Shown here piece after piece: positions 13,600-25,224 of a stretch of DNA of 64,000 nt (positions are counted from its first letter, which is position 1; the number at the start of each line of letters is the position of its first letter). The notes under the pieces are model-generated. The model worked only from the letters and a program-made list of their open reading frames with translations. It was not told the DNA's origin and ran no database searches. The stretch is from Octopus vulgaris (lineage: Eukaryota): positions 14,446,001 through 14,510,000 of the forward strand of contig OX597831.1 in the NCBI GenBank assembly GCA_951406725.2, written 5' to 3'. Position numbers and translations under genes: made by a program.

Positions 13600-14390
13600 T
13601 ACAACGGGGGGAGGGGGGTTATAATAATCTGAGATACGCAGACGATACTGCTTTGTTTGCGGTCACAGAAGAGAAGCTTCAGGGATTGATTAATATCGGT
13701 GACCGAGGAGAGTGGAAAGCTTGGATTGACGATTAACTGCTAGAGAAACCTTCTGGAAGGTCTGTGCCAAGAAAGCACAGGTACCTGGATGTCGCTTGAG
13801 GGTGAATGGAACTGGGATAGAGTAGAAGGACAGTTTCATAAATCTGGGAATGGTCAGATAAGGACATCAAGTGCAGAATTGGATTAGCAAAGAAGGCTTT
13901 TGTGAATATGAGGACGCATTCTTTGTGCAAAGAGAATTGGAATGGAGGTCAAGAAAAGACTGTTGAATTGCTACATCTGGTCGGTGCTAACGTATTGATG
14001 TGAGTCTTGGACAATAAGCAAAGTCATGGAGAAGAGACACAACGCTGCAGAAATGTGGTTTTATAGAAAAATTGCTTAAAATCTCGTGGGTACAGAGGGA
14101 GACGAATGTGGAAGCGCTGAAGAAGATGAAAGTGAAGAGACAGATGATGGATATTATCAGAGGGAAACAGTGGAGATTTGATGGTCATTTCCTCAGAGAG
14201 GCTGACGGAATGGAGCATTACATGGTGGAAACTGAGTTGGTGGGAAGGAGAGCGAGAGGAAGGCAGAGAATAAATGATGTTCGAATGGAGGAAGAAGAGA
14301 AAAGAAGGTGCAGAGCGAGAAAGACCTGGGTGATGTTGCAAGAGACAGAAATAAATGGAGGAGGAAGAAGCCATGATTCGTCAACGGCAG
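13600..14390 (+). mobile_element. RTE-clade LINE reverse transcriptase and thumb region, pseudogenised and 5'-truncated
   Basis: NNLRYADDTALFA..EEKLQGL, DIKCRIGLAKKAF, LLNCYIWSVLTY*CESWT, AAEMWFYRKLLKISW, GKQWRFDGHFLR and GRRARGRQR, spread across frameshifts and stops. Confidence 0.92.
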
Positions 14391-14446
14391 AATATTATAA
14401 ATGCGAAACAATACCACGGAGGAATCGACGGAAGCTTAAATAACAA

Positions 14447-14502
14447 ACCGCGATAGGCGAACAGCGATATGTAAACCGCGATATGGCAAGGGATTATTGT
14501 AT
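14447..14502 (-). mobile_element. Single Tc1/mariner-pogo-type TIR (MITE end)
   Basis: Minus strand ta-caataatcccttgccatatcgcggtttacatatcgc; TA flank with internal atcgcgg repeats. Confidence 0.5.
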
Positions 14503-14656
14503 ATATGTATTATACATGTGATGTATATGCAATTAAGAAGCTTGCTTCCTAACCTCATGGTTCTAGGTTCAGTCTCACTGCGTGGCACCTTAGGCAAGTT
14601 TCTTCTTCTATAACCTCAAGCCGACCAAAGCCTTGTAAGTGCATTTTTTTGTGTTT

Positions 14657-14720
14657 TGTCTGTGGAAAAAAATTTCTTGCGTGAAACCGGTTCATGGCGC
14701 AAAAAGGTTGGGAACGGCTG
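14657..14720 (+). mobile_element. hAT-Charlie (MER1-like) terminal fragment
   Basis: gtctgtggaaaaaaatttcttgcgtgaaaccggttcatggcgcaaaaaggttgggaacggctg resembles the MER1/Charlie end ...gaaaccggtccctggtgccaaaaaggttggggaccgctg (from memory). Confidence 0.55.
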
Positions 14721-15086
14721 GTTTCATCGACCCGTCTCTTAACTGTCCCTGGTGAGGCTGTATAGGCTGCGAGAGAATAACCTCTTGCATTTTAGAAGGC
14801 CCTTGGTGTGGCCTATACCTCCACTTAGATAATGTTTCATCCGGTTTTGATTTTCACTTTCTCTCCTTACCTGAATTAGTAAACGTTCTGTGTTTGCTCC
14901 GGAAATGTTTGTCAACCTGTAAAAATGCCGGAGTTTTTTTTTTCTTTTGCGCAATCTGTACAACAAATTATACATGACAGACGTTTGCGACTGTCTCATT
15001 TACGCAATAAATTTAATTCTTTAATTTACGAAAAGTAGAGACGGCTGAAGACTTAGAGATAAACTCCTTAGCAAAGATTATTATGA

Positions 15087-15277
15087 GAGCTGGCAGAAAC
15101 GTTAGCACGTCGGGCGAAATGCTTAGCGGCATTTCGTCTGCCACTACGTTCTGAGTTCAAATTCCGCCGAGGTCGACTTTGCCTTTCATCCTTTCGGGGT
15201 CGATTAAATAAGTACCAGTTACGCACAGTGGTCGATATAATCGACTTAATCCATTTGTCTGTCCTTGTTTGTCCTCT
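15087..15277 (+). mobile_element. SINE family A, 3'-truncated
   Basis: Canonical head and body. Confidence 0.9.
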
Positions 15278-15460
15278 TGACGCTTTAGTATTTCGTCCAT
15301 GATGGTTATTCGCTACCAGTTGACAGAGAAATTATTCACTAAGATCCAGGTTTATTTTGAACCTCAGTCTTTTTGTTAGCGTAAAATGGATCTAATTGCA
15401 ATTTTCCTCACCACTCATTATCAAAGCTGTAAAATAAAGAACAAACAATTAATAAGCATA

Positions 15461-15652
15461 TTCTTTTACTTGTTTCAGTCAATTGACTGTGGCCATGCTG
15501 GAGCACCGCCGCTTTAGTCGAACAAATCGACCCCGGGACTTGTTCTTTGTAAGCCTAGTACTTATTCTATCGGTCGTTTGTTACGCTAAGTTACGGGTAC
15601 GTAAACACACCAACGTCGGTTGTCAAGCGATGGTGGGGGAACAAACACAGAC

Positions 15653-15711
<59 letters not shown>

Positions 15712-15832
15712 CATATATATCTTTCAGTTTCCGTCTACCAAATCCACTCACAAGGCTTTGGTAGGCAGGAGGCTATGGCAGAAGATACTTGCCCAAGCTG
15801 CCACACAATGGGACTGAACACGGAACCATGTG
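15461..15832 (-). mobile_element. SINE family B, internal (CA)n
   Basis: ttcttttacttgtttcagtc...gccatgctggagcaccgcc tail and tttcagtttccgtctaccaaatccactcacaaggc body. Confidence 0.9.
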
Positions 15833-16524
15833 CCTCTATGTTTATATATGAAAATAAGGAATAAATAATCCAGCAACAAGTGGACAAGTTGTCAAATTAC
15901 TGATATAACCTGGTGATACAAGTTGCCAAAAATCAATCAGTGAAAATTCGAAAAAAGTTTTGACTCAACTCCATTTATCCAAAAAATTTTGTCGAGGGTT
16001 AAATATTCCAGAATTTAGAATTTGTTGGTGGTGTTTAATACTTGTCATTCTGTAGAGGAATCACGGATCAGGGATCAGGGATCATTCACCAAGGGCCAGA
16101 GATATTCATAACTTGTGACTAGGGTTCAATATCTAAAAAATAGTATTTCGTTAGTGGTGGTCACTACAGAGGAATTATGAACCAGTCACCTCGTGCTAAA
16201 GATATTCCTTACAACACTGCAACTTGATATGTTTATGGAACATTATTTGAAATTCAATTCCAGGAATCATCTTATCTCGATGGCTTTCTTATTGATTTCT
16301 TTATGATTTCCGGGTTTTTCCACCCGACCACTTAAGTTTTTGGTAATATTCCAAATCTCACAAAGTAGGCGTTTGCTTGAAAATCGAAACTTCCCTCATC
16401 TTCTTGCTTCAATCATCTTCTTGCTTCAAACCATAATGGAATTTGCAACACAAAGATGAGACAATTCGTGACCAGAATCTCATCGTGCCAAACTTTTGCC
16501 ATGCATTGAACTCAAAACCTAGAT

Positions 16525-16713
16525 GTGCTTGTATATTTACATTATTGACCGATATTTGTCCTCATCTTGTTTGTTGTTTCGGCTGATATACCCCCCAGTC
16601 TGCATCAGGTGTCTTGAGGAAATTTGGAACCTGGGTTCTCATTCCTAAGGTATTTTTCGATGTTGTTCTTGTTATTATTAATATTATTATTATTATTATT
16701 ATTATTATAATTA

Positions 16714-16808
<95 letters not shown>

Positions 16809-16846
16809 ATCATTGCCTGGAATCGAACTCGGAATCTTGGTGTTAG
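16525..16846 (-). mobile_element. tRNA-headed SINE-like element with internal (TAA)n and a hammerhead-like 3' region
   Basis: Minus strand: gctactaacaccaagattcc-GAGTTCGATTCC (B box)-aggcaatgatctg-(aat)n-...gacac-CTGATGC-a-gactgggggg-tatat-cagcc-GAAAC. Confidence 0.6.
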
Positions 16847-17494
16847 TAGCATTCGATCTAGTTGCTACAAATAACATCGCCCACAACCATCACTACTGTT
16901 ACCATCAGGATCACGATCATCGTCATCATCATCATCATCCTCCTCCTCATCATCATCATCATCCTCATCATCATCATCATCATTATCATCATCATCATTA
17001 TCATCATCTATGAACACTTACAACGTCAACCCTTTGTCCACCCGGGTCTTCCAGTTCAATCAAGGCTGAGTACCGTTGCGTAATCATGATAAACTCTCGG
17101 AAACATTTGTTGCGCAGGTTCGAATCGTACCTTTAGTAGTTAACGTCCCTTGCTTGCTTTTTTCTTTCCATCTTTGGTAGTATTCAATAAATTAGAGAGA
17201 CGCCGGCCCCACGATTAGCAGCTGAGACTGTATACATGTGATGACAATGACGACGATGATGATAGTGATGATGATGATGATGTGATGATGATGATGATGC
17301 TGATGAGGATAATGATGATAATGATGATAATGATGATGATAATGATGATGATGATGCTTCATGGCATATAGGAGGGTCTGATGCAACAAACCTGTGACGT
17401 AAACAATAAGAACAACAATAAAACCATTTTGTTTACCAGAAACTTCATCGTCTAATGTGTCTACTCAATCATGGCTGACCTGGAGGCCAAGCAA

Positions 17495-17990
17495 CAGCAG
17501 CAGCAGCAGCAGCAAAACTATTATCACATCTTTCACTGCCGTTACTCATGTCTCTTTCACCTCCAACACCACCACCACCACCACCACCACCACCACCACC
17601 ACCACCACAACCACCACCACCACAACCACCACCACCATCACCGACAACAGCAGCAGCACCACCACCTCCGCCACTACCGCTGCCGCCGCCGCTCTCGCAT
17701 TAATAACATTAGCTACAATAACGATAACAACACGAAATTATTGTCACCATGACAATTACAATCATACCTTCACAACTACCACAATCAGGACAACTACCAC
17801 CACCATTACCACCCTCTCCACTACTACCACTACCACCACCACCACCACCACCACCACCACCACCACCACCACCACCACAACCGCCGCCACTACCACCACC
17901 ACCACCACCACCACCACCACCACCACCAAAAACCACCGCCACGATTGCCACCTCCACTGCCGCCATTATTACGACGGTGCCTCCGACGCC
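17495..17990. repeat. Compound (CAG)n/(ACC)n trinucleotide low-complexity region
   Basis: Direct reading; gives the poly-T/H/P ORFs. Confidence 0.9.
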
Positions 17991-18940
17991 TCAGCCAATC
18001 AAAGGTGATTTGATAGTTTTCCTCGCTAAAAATCCCTGGCGTCATTTGTACGCTTTCGGTGTCTGTTGTTGATGGTTTTTTACTGTAAATGCTCTCTCAT
18101 CAATGAAGATTACTTAGAATTGTATCGCCTGGGCAGCTGGTGGATCCGTCTCAGCTCTGGTACGGGGGGGGGGGAGCGGGGACGGATGGTGTCGGCGTTG
18201 GTGGAGGTGGTGGTTTTAGGTGTTGTTGTTGGTGGTGGTGGTAGAGGTGGTTTTAGTGGTGGTGATGATTCTAGTGGAAGTGGTGCTGGTGGAGAGGAGG
18301 TGCCGATAGAGTTATTGGTGGCAGTGGTTGGTGGAGGTGTAGGTGGTGGTGGTGTAGGTGGAGGTAACATTTTCTTTTTTTACCGATCTGCGAAGTTACG
18401 GGGTCGTAAACATACCAACACCGGCTGGCAAGTAAAGAGAGACAAATACAGTCACACACACACATTCCCATCCGAACAACCCTCTCCCATTCACTCTCTC
18501 TCTCTCTCTCTCTCTCTCTTACAGACACAGACATTTGAGATGAAACAGAACGCATAGAGTCTAGCAGAAGGATGCTTCGGGGTGGGTGGTCATATTTGGA
18601 AAAGCGACAGAGTACAATAAATGAAATTACCTTGGAAAGTAGAGTATCCAACGTATCGGACATTGTTCTTCATCAGAGAAAGGATGTGTATGTGTATACA
18701 TACATACATACATACATACATACATACATACATACATACATACATACATACATACATACGTATGTATGTGTGTGTGTGTACATGCGGGGTGTGTGTAGAT
18801 ACTTGCATATATATATTTACATACACAAAAATGAATATATATATATATATATATGCACTCAAGGATAAAATCTTTATGAGATTTTATCAAGTGGCCAGTA
18901 TGTAATGAACCATGTAGGTAATAATTAATACGAGTATATA

Positions 18941-19373
18941 TCTCTTATATAAAATCCGTTCTGTGTGTGTGTATGTGTGTGTGTGTGTGTATGTGTGTGT
19001 GTGTGTGTGTATGTGTGTGTGTGTGTATGTGTGTGCGTGTGTGTAGCTTCTAGGATCTCAGACATCCTCCATCCGATTGCGCACAAATTTGATATGTAGA
19101 TACCGACGGTATCAGGGCGTGTATAAGTCTTGAAAAGTTACAAAAATCGATTCCAGGTGAGAATGCGATCGATAAAACCGTGGGAAATCCTTTTTCTTTG
19201 GAATAGAAAAAAAAAGCCAGCTTTATTTCTTTTGCTGGTATCTCAAATTTAGGTTAAATCAGTGTTTCTCAAAGGGGAGACCTACGGGACGGTCGGACAA
19301 GTTGTTTTGAGAAAATTTGGTTTAAATGTTTGACAACTCATCGCCATCCATTGGGCGGGGGGCGTTTTGCTCG
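18941..19373 (+). mobile_element. Non-autonomous Helitron
   Basis: 5' end TCTCTTATATAAA; 3' hairpin cgcc..ggcg followed by CTCG. Inserted between A18940 and T19374 without a TSD; the joined flanks match an uninterrupted paralogous site at ~19850-19890. Confidence 0.8.
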
Positions 19374-19532
19374 TAATCATATGAATATAATTATAATAAT
19401 AAGGGCACTAATGAATAGTGTCACATGCTAGAAATAGACGCCAAATGGCTATATGAACTACATTTATTTGCTCCATTAGCACGGATTGAAAGCGAGGAAA
19501 GTGAATAAATAAGATTTCTTAAAACTGGTTTA

Positions 19533-19590
19533 ACTATAAATCGATTTCTGGTTTTGAGACGTAAAATCTCTTTACCTTCATCAGTATAGT
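19533..19590 (-). ncRNA. Type-I hammerhead ribozyme with intact catalytic core
   Basis: ACUAUA-CUGAUGA-A-GGU-AAA-GAGA-UUUUACG-UCUC-AAA-ACC-A-GAA-AUCGAU-U-UAUAGU: perfect 6-bp stem I and palindromic stem III. Confidence 0.78.
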
Positions 19591-20030
19591 CTGACCATTT
19601 GTACATAATTATAACCATTTATACATACTAATACTAATATTACGTATCCATAATCAAATATATAAATGATTACATTAATATATGAGCTAAATCTAATTTA
19701 TCCACCTCAACCCGTGCATATACGACCGGAAATAATACCGCAGTAAATAATCTGGTCGGAGCAATTTGTATCTGTTTATTTGATAATCAAGGATAAAATC
19801 ATTATAAGATTCTATCCAGTGGCCAGTATGTAATAAACCATGTTGGTAATAATTAATACAACTATATATAATTATATAAATATAATTATGATAATAAGGG
19901 CACTGCAGTGTTGAAGTGGATAAATTAGATTTAGGTCGTATATAAATGTGAACATTTATATATATGACTATGGATACGTGACATTCATATTGGTATGTAG
20001 AAATGTTTATGATTATGTACAACTGGTCAG

Positions 20031-20088
20031 ACTATAGCGATGAAGGTAAGGAAATTTTACATCTCAAGACCAGAAATCGATCTATAGT
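20031..20088 (+). ncRNA. Degenerate copy of the 19533-19590 hammerhead
   Basis: ACUAUA-GCGAUGA-A-GGU...ACC-A-GAA-AUCGAU-C-UAUAGU; C3 and U4 are mutated. Confidence 0.6.
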
Positions 20089-20272
20089 TTAACCTCTTTT
20101 AAGAAATCTTATTTGTTCACTTTCCTCGATTTCAATCCGTGCGAATGTGGCATTATTCATTAGTGCCCCATTACAATAATTATATATATATATATATATG
20201 AAATTAAAGAAGGAAAATGCACTTACCTTACATAGTTTTGATGTATATTTTTTATATATTTTATACTGTGTT

Positions 20273-20305
20273 TGTCGACCGGTTTCGCTTTCGCTAATCA
20301 TGACA
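20273..20305 (-). ncRNA. Minimal hammerhead variant with an A3-U8 core pair
   Basis: UGUC-AUGAUUA-GC-GAAA-GC-GAA-ACCGGU-C-GACA. Confidence 0.65.
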
Positions 20306-21049
20306 TTAAAATGATTTTAGTTATGTATTTTCTTAAGAAAAATTTTGTCCATATTGTGTAGAGTTTATGGATGAATGAATCAACAAGTAGACAAATCTAA
20401 GGGGAGGTAATTTGTGATCGTTATTATTGTGGACAAGGGGGATAATTGTTCATCTTTCGGTGCGTGGGTGAATATACACAAAAGTTCAAAAACTAGAGTA
20501 TTGGGGAGGCATATGTACAGTGATGAGTATGTAATCGTGAATTAAATCAAAGTTAGTTATGCGTGCATATTTGGAGGTGTTCTGTATTTTTTGATGAATA
20601 AAGTTTCTTTATTTAAACGTTCTTGTATAGAAATTGTATCTTTGCACAGGTAGAAGGGGGAAAACTGTGAAGTTTGGTTTGATTCTATCTGCTCGGATTG
20701 TGGACATAACTATGTAAGACAGACGAGTATGACATTGAACCGAAGACACCTCTACATAAACAGCAGATCCGATTCCTGCAATACAGACAGATTCCTTTAT
20801 TTGAACACGCAGAGAAATGTGCAGGTAACATGAAACCAAACTTTATAGTTTTCTCCTTCTACCAGTGCAAAGATACAATTTCTATACAAGAACGTTTAAA
20901 TAAATAAAATTTATTTATCGGAAAATACAGAACACGTCTAAATATGCCCACATAACAAACCTTGATCTCTATACATATTTTAATTTACGATTAGATACCC
21001 ATCAGTGTACATATTTCACCCTGCTACTCTAGTTTTTGAATATTTATTT

Positions 21050-21107
<58 letters not shown>

Positions 21108-21275
21108 CCCTCTACCGAAAGATGAAAAATTATCACCCCTGTCCACAATAATAATGATTAGCAATTACCTTACCTTAGATCTTTCTACATGTTGGATCAT
21201 TCATTCATAAACTCCACGCACAACATGGACAAAACAATTTTTTCTTCAGAAAATACGTAATTAAAACAATCTTAA

Positions 21276-21308
21276 TGCCATGATTAGCGAAAGTGAAAAC
21301 GGTCGACA
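21276..21308 (+). ncRNA. Second, more decayed copy of the A3-U8 hammerhead variant
   Basis: UGCC-AUGAUUA-GC-GAAA-GU-GAA-AACGGU-C-GACA. Confidence 0.55.
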
Positions 21309-21363
21309 AACACAATATAACATATATTGAAACTATGTAAAATGTTTGCATTTTCCTTCTTTA

Positions 21364-21394
<31 letters not shown>

Positions 21395-21545
21395 TACAAC
21401 TCACCATGTGGGGATAATCGAAATTCCTCCTTTTCAGTTACTACAGATATATATATATATTAATGATTACATATACACACTCATATACGTTTATATAAAC
21501 ATATATACACATACATATATATATGTGCGTGAATGTATGCATATA

Positions 21546-21576
<31 letters not shown>

Positions 21577-22049
21577 GCATATATTCACACACACATACAC
21601 ACACATATCGATATATAGTACAGACTTCCGTACAAACACCGTCTCCCAACAAATTCACTCACAAGCCGTTGGTCAACCCAGTACTCTAGTGAAAGGCCCT
21701 CCCGTAAAGTGGCGCGAAGAAGAACAGACTTGAAAACCGCATCGATGCAAATCAAAGTTCATAATCCACACAGCCCTGCTCGTGACCATATTTTCATTCG
21801 TATTAATTCTCTCTTCATTCTCGTTAATTCTTCCTCACAATCTTATTCTTGTGTAACGATTTCATTTACGTCTAACTCGCTTTATATAAGAATATTAAAT
21901 TGAGCCCAATACTCGACTACTATGTTATTTTATTGACCCAACCAGCGGAAAGCTAGAATGTAAAGCTGACCTCTGTGTCATTCGAGATCAGAATGCAGAG
22001 CAAATGTAAGATATTTATTTTTTTTCTTTTTGTTTTGTTTGTTTGAAGA

Positions 22050-22300
22050 GTAATCTCTCGAGAAAGGCGGTTTCCGCTATTTCCCGCTGAACAGCCTCTA
22101 TAAGAACTCACTTCCTCCACCGAATCGACATAAACTCTACAGGTGCACGATGTGCCACACGTCAGACGTTGAAGCGACCGCAGAGTAACATAGATGAGTG
22201 TTTTCCTCAAGACCTCAACACGCCGCCCGGTTTGTGAATCGAAACCACTTTCGCACAATCATGAGTACCGCAACCTAGCCACAAGGCAACGCACGCTCAC
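22050..22300 (-). mobile_element. Older tRNA-derived SINE (family C/D-related head)
   Basis: Minus strand gcgtgcgttgccttgtggctagg...ggtttcgattcacaaaccgggcggcgtgttgaggtcttgaggaaaacact. Confidence 0.65.
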
Positions 22301-22878
22301 ATCACATAAGATAAACAGCACAAACTATTTGATCTTCTGCTCTACCGATTTTAACAACCTAACCACCAAGTATCGATTACGTATATTACCCTTGCTATAA
22401 AATTAGCAAGAATAACGTCCAGTTTAATCAGCGGATTTCTTTCAATATTTCTCTTTCCGATCAAAGAGTCGCCTTCCACTTCATTACAGATCTCTCTTTA
22501 TTGCTATTCATATGGATTTTCGCACTTTCAATATTTATTGAAGATCGCTATATTTATGGCTGTGCATTAAAAGAAGTTCGTTACGCAGCCACTTGGCCTC
22601 GGGTTCAATCCCAAAGCGCGGTATATTGTGCAAATGTCTTTTAATGTAACTTTGGGCCGGTCAATACCTCGTGAGTAAATTTGTCGGCAGACAGAAACTG
22701 TGCAGAAGCCCATCGTCCGTACATACATACATAATACACACACACATATGGTGTGTGTGTGTGTATGTATGTAAGTGATCTGGTTGTTCGTCTACAATAA
22801 GCTTCTCTGATTATCACGTCACTTCCATCCTGGCGCTGTATATACATACATACATACATACATACATACATACATACA

Positions 22879-23028
<150 letters not shown>

Positions 23029-23049
23029 CTGTATCTATATATAGGTATG

Positions 23050-23654
23050 TATGTTAGTGATCCGATTGTCCGTCCACGATAGACTGCTCTGATTATCAAT
23101 GTTGCTTCCATCCTGGAGCTTTCTCGTAAGATATCCATGTCTTCTCATGATTTGTACTCATCCTTTCATCTGACAAACCCCAACTCTACCCCAACCCTCA
23201 GCCGAACCCACACCCCACCCGTGCTTTACCCACTCTCGCCTCTCCCACCTCCCAACATCACAACACACCACCCACACAGCCATCCCCACATTTTCACACC
23301 TACACATACATACACGCACGCGTCCAGACCACCAACCCTCTTTCACACGCACATACTTACTCTCTTATACACACACGCACCTTCATGTTGGGGGTCATCT
23401 TTACTTTGTTATCTCCCCTACTTCTTACCTCTCGTGTGTGACCCTTCTGTCTGGCAGTCGCCATGATAGATCGTTAGCCACTACACACATTTTTTTCTCT
23501 CCTTGTTTCTCTCCTTGTTTTTTCTGTTCCTTTCTGTAGAAGAGCGTAGGCTCGAAACGTAAAAGACTTTTTCTATTCCTGAGCGTCATACTAATACATC
23601 TGTTTGTTTTCTACACCACCTGTCTTCGTCTTTTGTTTTTCTTTTGTAAACTCT

Positions 23655-23657
<3 letters not shown>
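23050..23657 (+). mobile_element. PLE 3' end (decayed ORF end plus pLTR) with a U6 hammerhead-like motif at 23530-23565
   Basis: CUUU-CUGUAGA-A-GAGC-GUAG-GCUC-GAA-ACGU-A-AAAG; element ends in (TA)n. A 75-bp paralogous piece of its 5' part lies at 22763-22837. Confidence 0.65.
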
Positions 23658-23688
<31 letters not shown>

Positions 23689-23863
23689 TGTGTGTGTGTG
23701 TTTGTGTATGTATATACATATATGTGTGAATGTCTGTATGTCTGTATGTATGTACGTATATACGAGTGCGTGTATAGTTGACATCCTAAGAATTAGAAAC
23801 TTCGGGAGAACTCTTTTTGGAACGGGGAATCTCAAAGCAAACACAACTACAAACAAATTTTAA

Positions 23864-23993
23864 AACTAGAAAAGCACCCGGAGAGCCCAGACCTCCGCCA
23901 AGCAGCTCGTTTCCATCCATATACACGCATGCTGAAAATCGCCCAATTTCCCAAACCAATGCCAGCAAAAACATAACCTCCTTGGCGCGGGTA
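23864..23993 (+). mobile_element. Helentron-associated HINE-type element, internally deleted
   Basis: actagaaaagcacccggagagcccagACCTCCGCCAAG ... aacataacctcCTTGGCGCGGGT, asymmetric subterminal inverted repeats. Confidence 0.65.
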
Positions 23994-24685
23994 AAAAAAG
24001 AAATTATCGCAGCCACTGGATTAAAAAAAAAACCTTTAAAAACAGAAATCATCATCAGAAGTTATAATGGCACCATTACCCCACCCACCACATCAAGATG
24101 TACGTCACCACACCACAAGTACTACCGCCATCACTACAACCGCCCAGTAGGAGCAGCACTACGACGACAACGACGAAGACGACGACCACCACCACTACCA
24201 CCATATCACAATCACCACCACAACTATCCTACCACTATCACCACCACCACAACCACCAACATCATCCGGACATTGTCATTGCTTCCACTTCAACCACATA
24301 CACCGCCATCAACGTTATGATGACGGTTACCTTGATATGTCACTTTCACCACCACAACCAGTATAACCACTGCAATACCACCAGCACACAACTAACACCA
24401 TCATCAACACCACTATCATCACCATCACCTCAGCATCGCACACCACACCGCTCCTGTTGCCATTGTAACCACCGATACTATTTTATCCTCCTCCCATACT
24501 TATCTCGACCATCATCATCATCAACACTGTCTCTGCTTTCACCACAATCACTGACAAAACTAAAATCCATTATCCGATACTCGTGGGACCGAGATTGTGG
24601 CAGATTTTTGATTTTTCTAATTTCGGATTACTTTATTAAAACCAGGTCTAAACACAATAGCTTATAGACATACTCTGAATGTAGT

Positions 24686-24931
24686 TACTCTTTACTCTTT
24701 TACTTGTTTCAGTCATTTGACTGCGACCATGCCGGAGCACCGCCTTTAATCGAGCAACTCGACCCCGGAACTTATTCTTTGTAAGCCCAGTACTTATTCT
24801 ATCGGTCTCTTTTGCCGAACTGCTAAGTGACGGGGATATAAACACACCAGCATCGGTTGTCAAGCAATGTTGGGGGGACAAACACAGACACAGACAAACA
24901 TACATGCACACACACACACACACACACACGC

Positions 24932-24970
<39 letters not shown>

Positions 24971-25134
24971 TACGACGGGCTTCTTTCAGTTTCCGTCTAC
25001 CAATCCTCTCACAAGGCTTTGGTCGGCTAGAGGCTATAGTAGAAGACACTTGCCCGAGGTGCCACGCAGTGGGACTGAACCCGGAATCATGTGGTTGGTA
25101 AATAAGCTACTTACCACACAGCCACTCCTGTGCC
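24686..25134 (-). mobile_element. SINE family B, full length
   Basis: Minus-strand head ggcacaggagtggctgtgtggtaagtagc, B box gggttcagtccc, internal (TA)/(TG) tract, tail gactgaaacaagtaaaagagtaaagag. Confidence 0.93.
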
Positions 25135-25224
25135 TATATAAATCTTTAATAATTTTTTTTATACTTAAGACCATCAGAAATGTTAAGATATCAGCCTCTA
25201 CCCACGTTGTCATGCTTTGATTAA

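Larger units (their letters stand above)
19385..20185. repeat. Inverted duplication of a PLE terminal segment (arms ~19385-19620 / 20001-20185), each arm carrying a hammerhead
   Basis: gcacggattgaaagcgaggaaagtgaataaataagatttcttaaaa is mirrored by ttttaagaaatcttatttgttcactttcctcgatttcaatccgtgc. Confidence 0.88.
20198..21370. repeat. Long inverted repeat (arms 20198-20680 / 20833-21370) bounded by (TA)n, probable PLE fold-back
   Basis: tttatttaaacgttcttgtatagaaattgtatctttgcac is mirrored by gtgcaaagatacaatttctatacaagaacgtttaaataaa; homology continues to both TA flanks. Confidence 0.92.
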
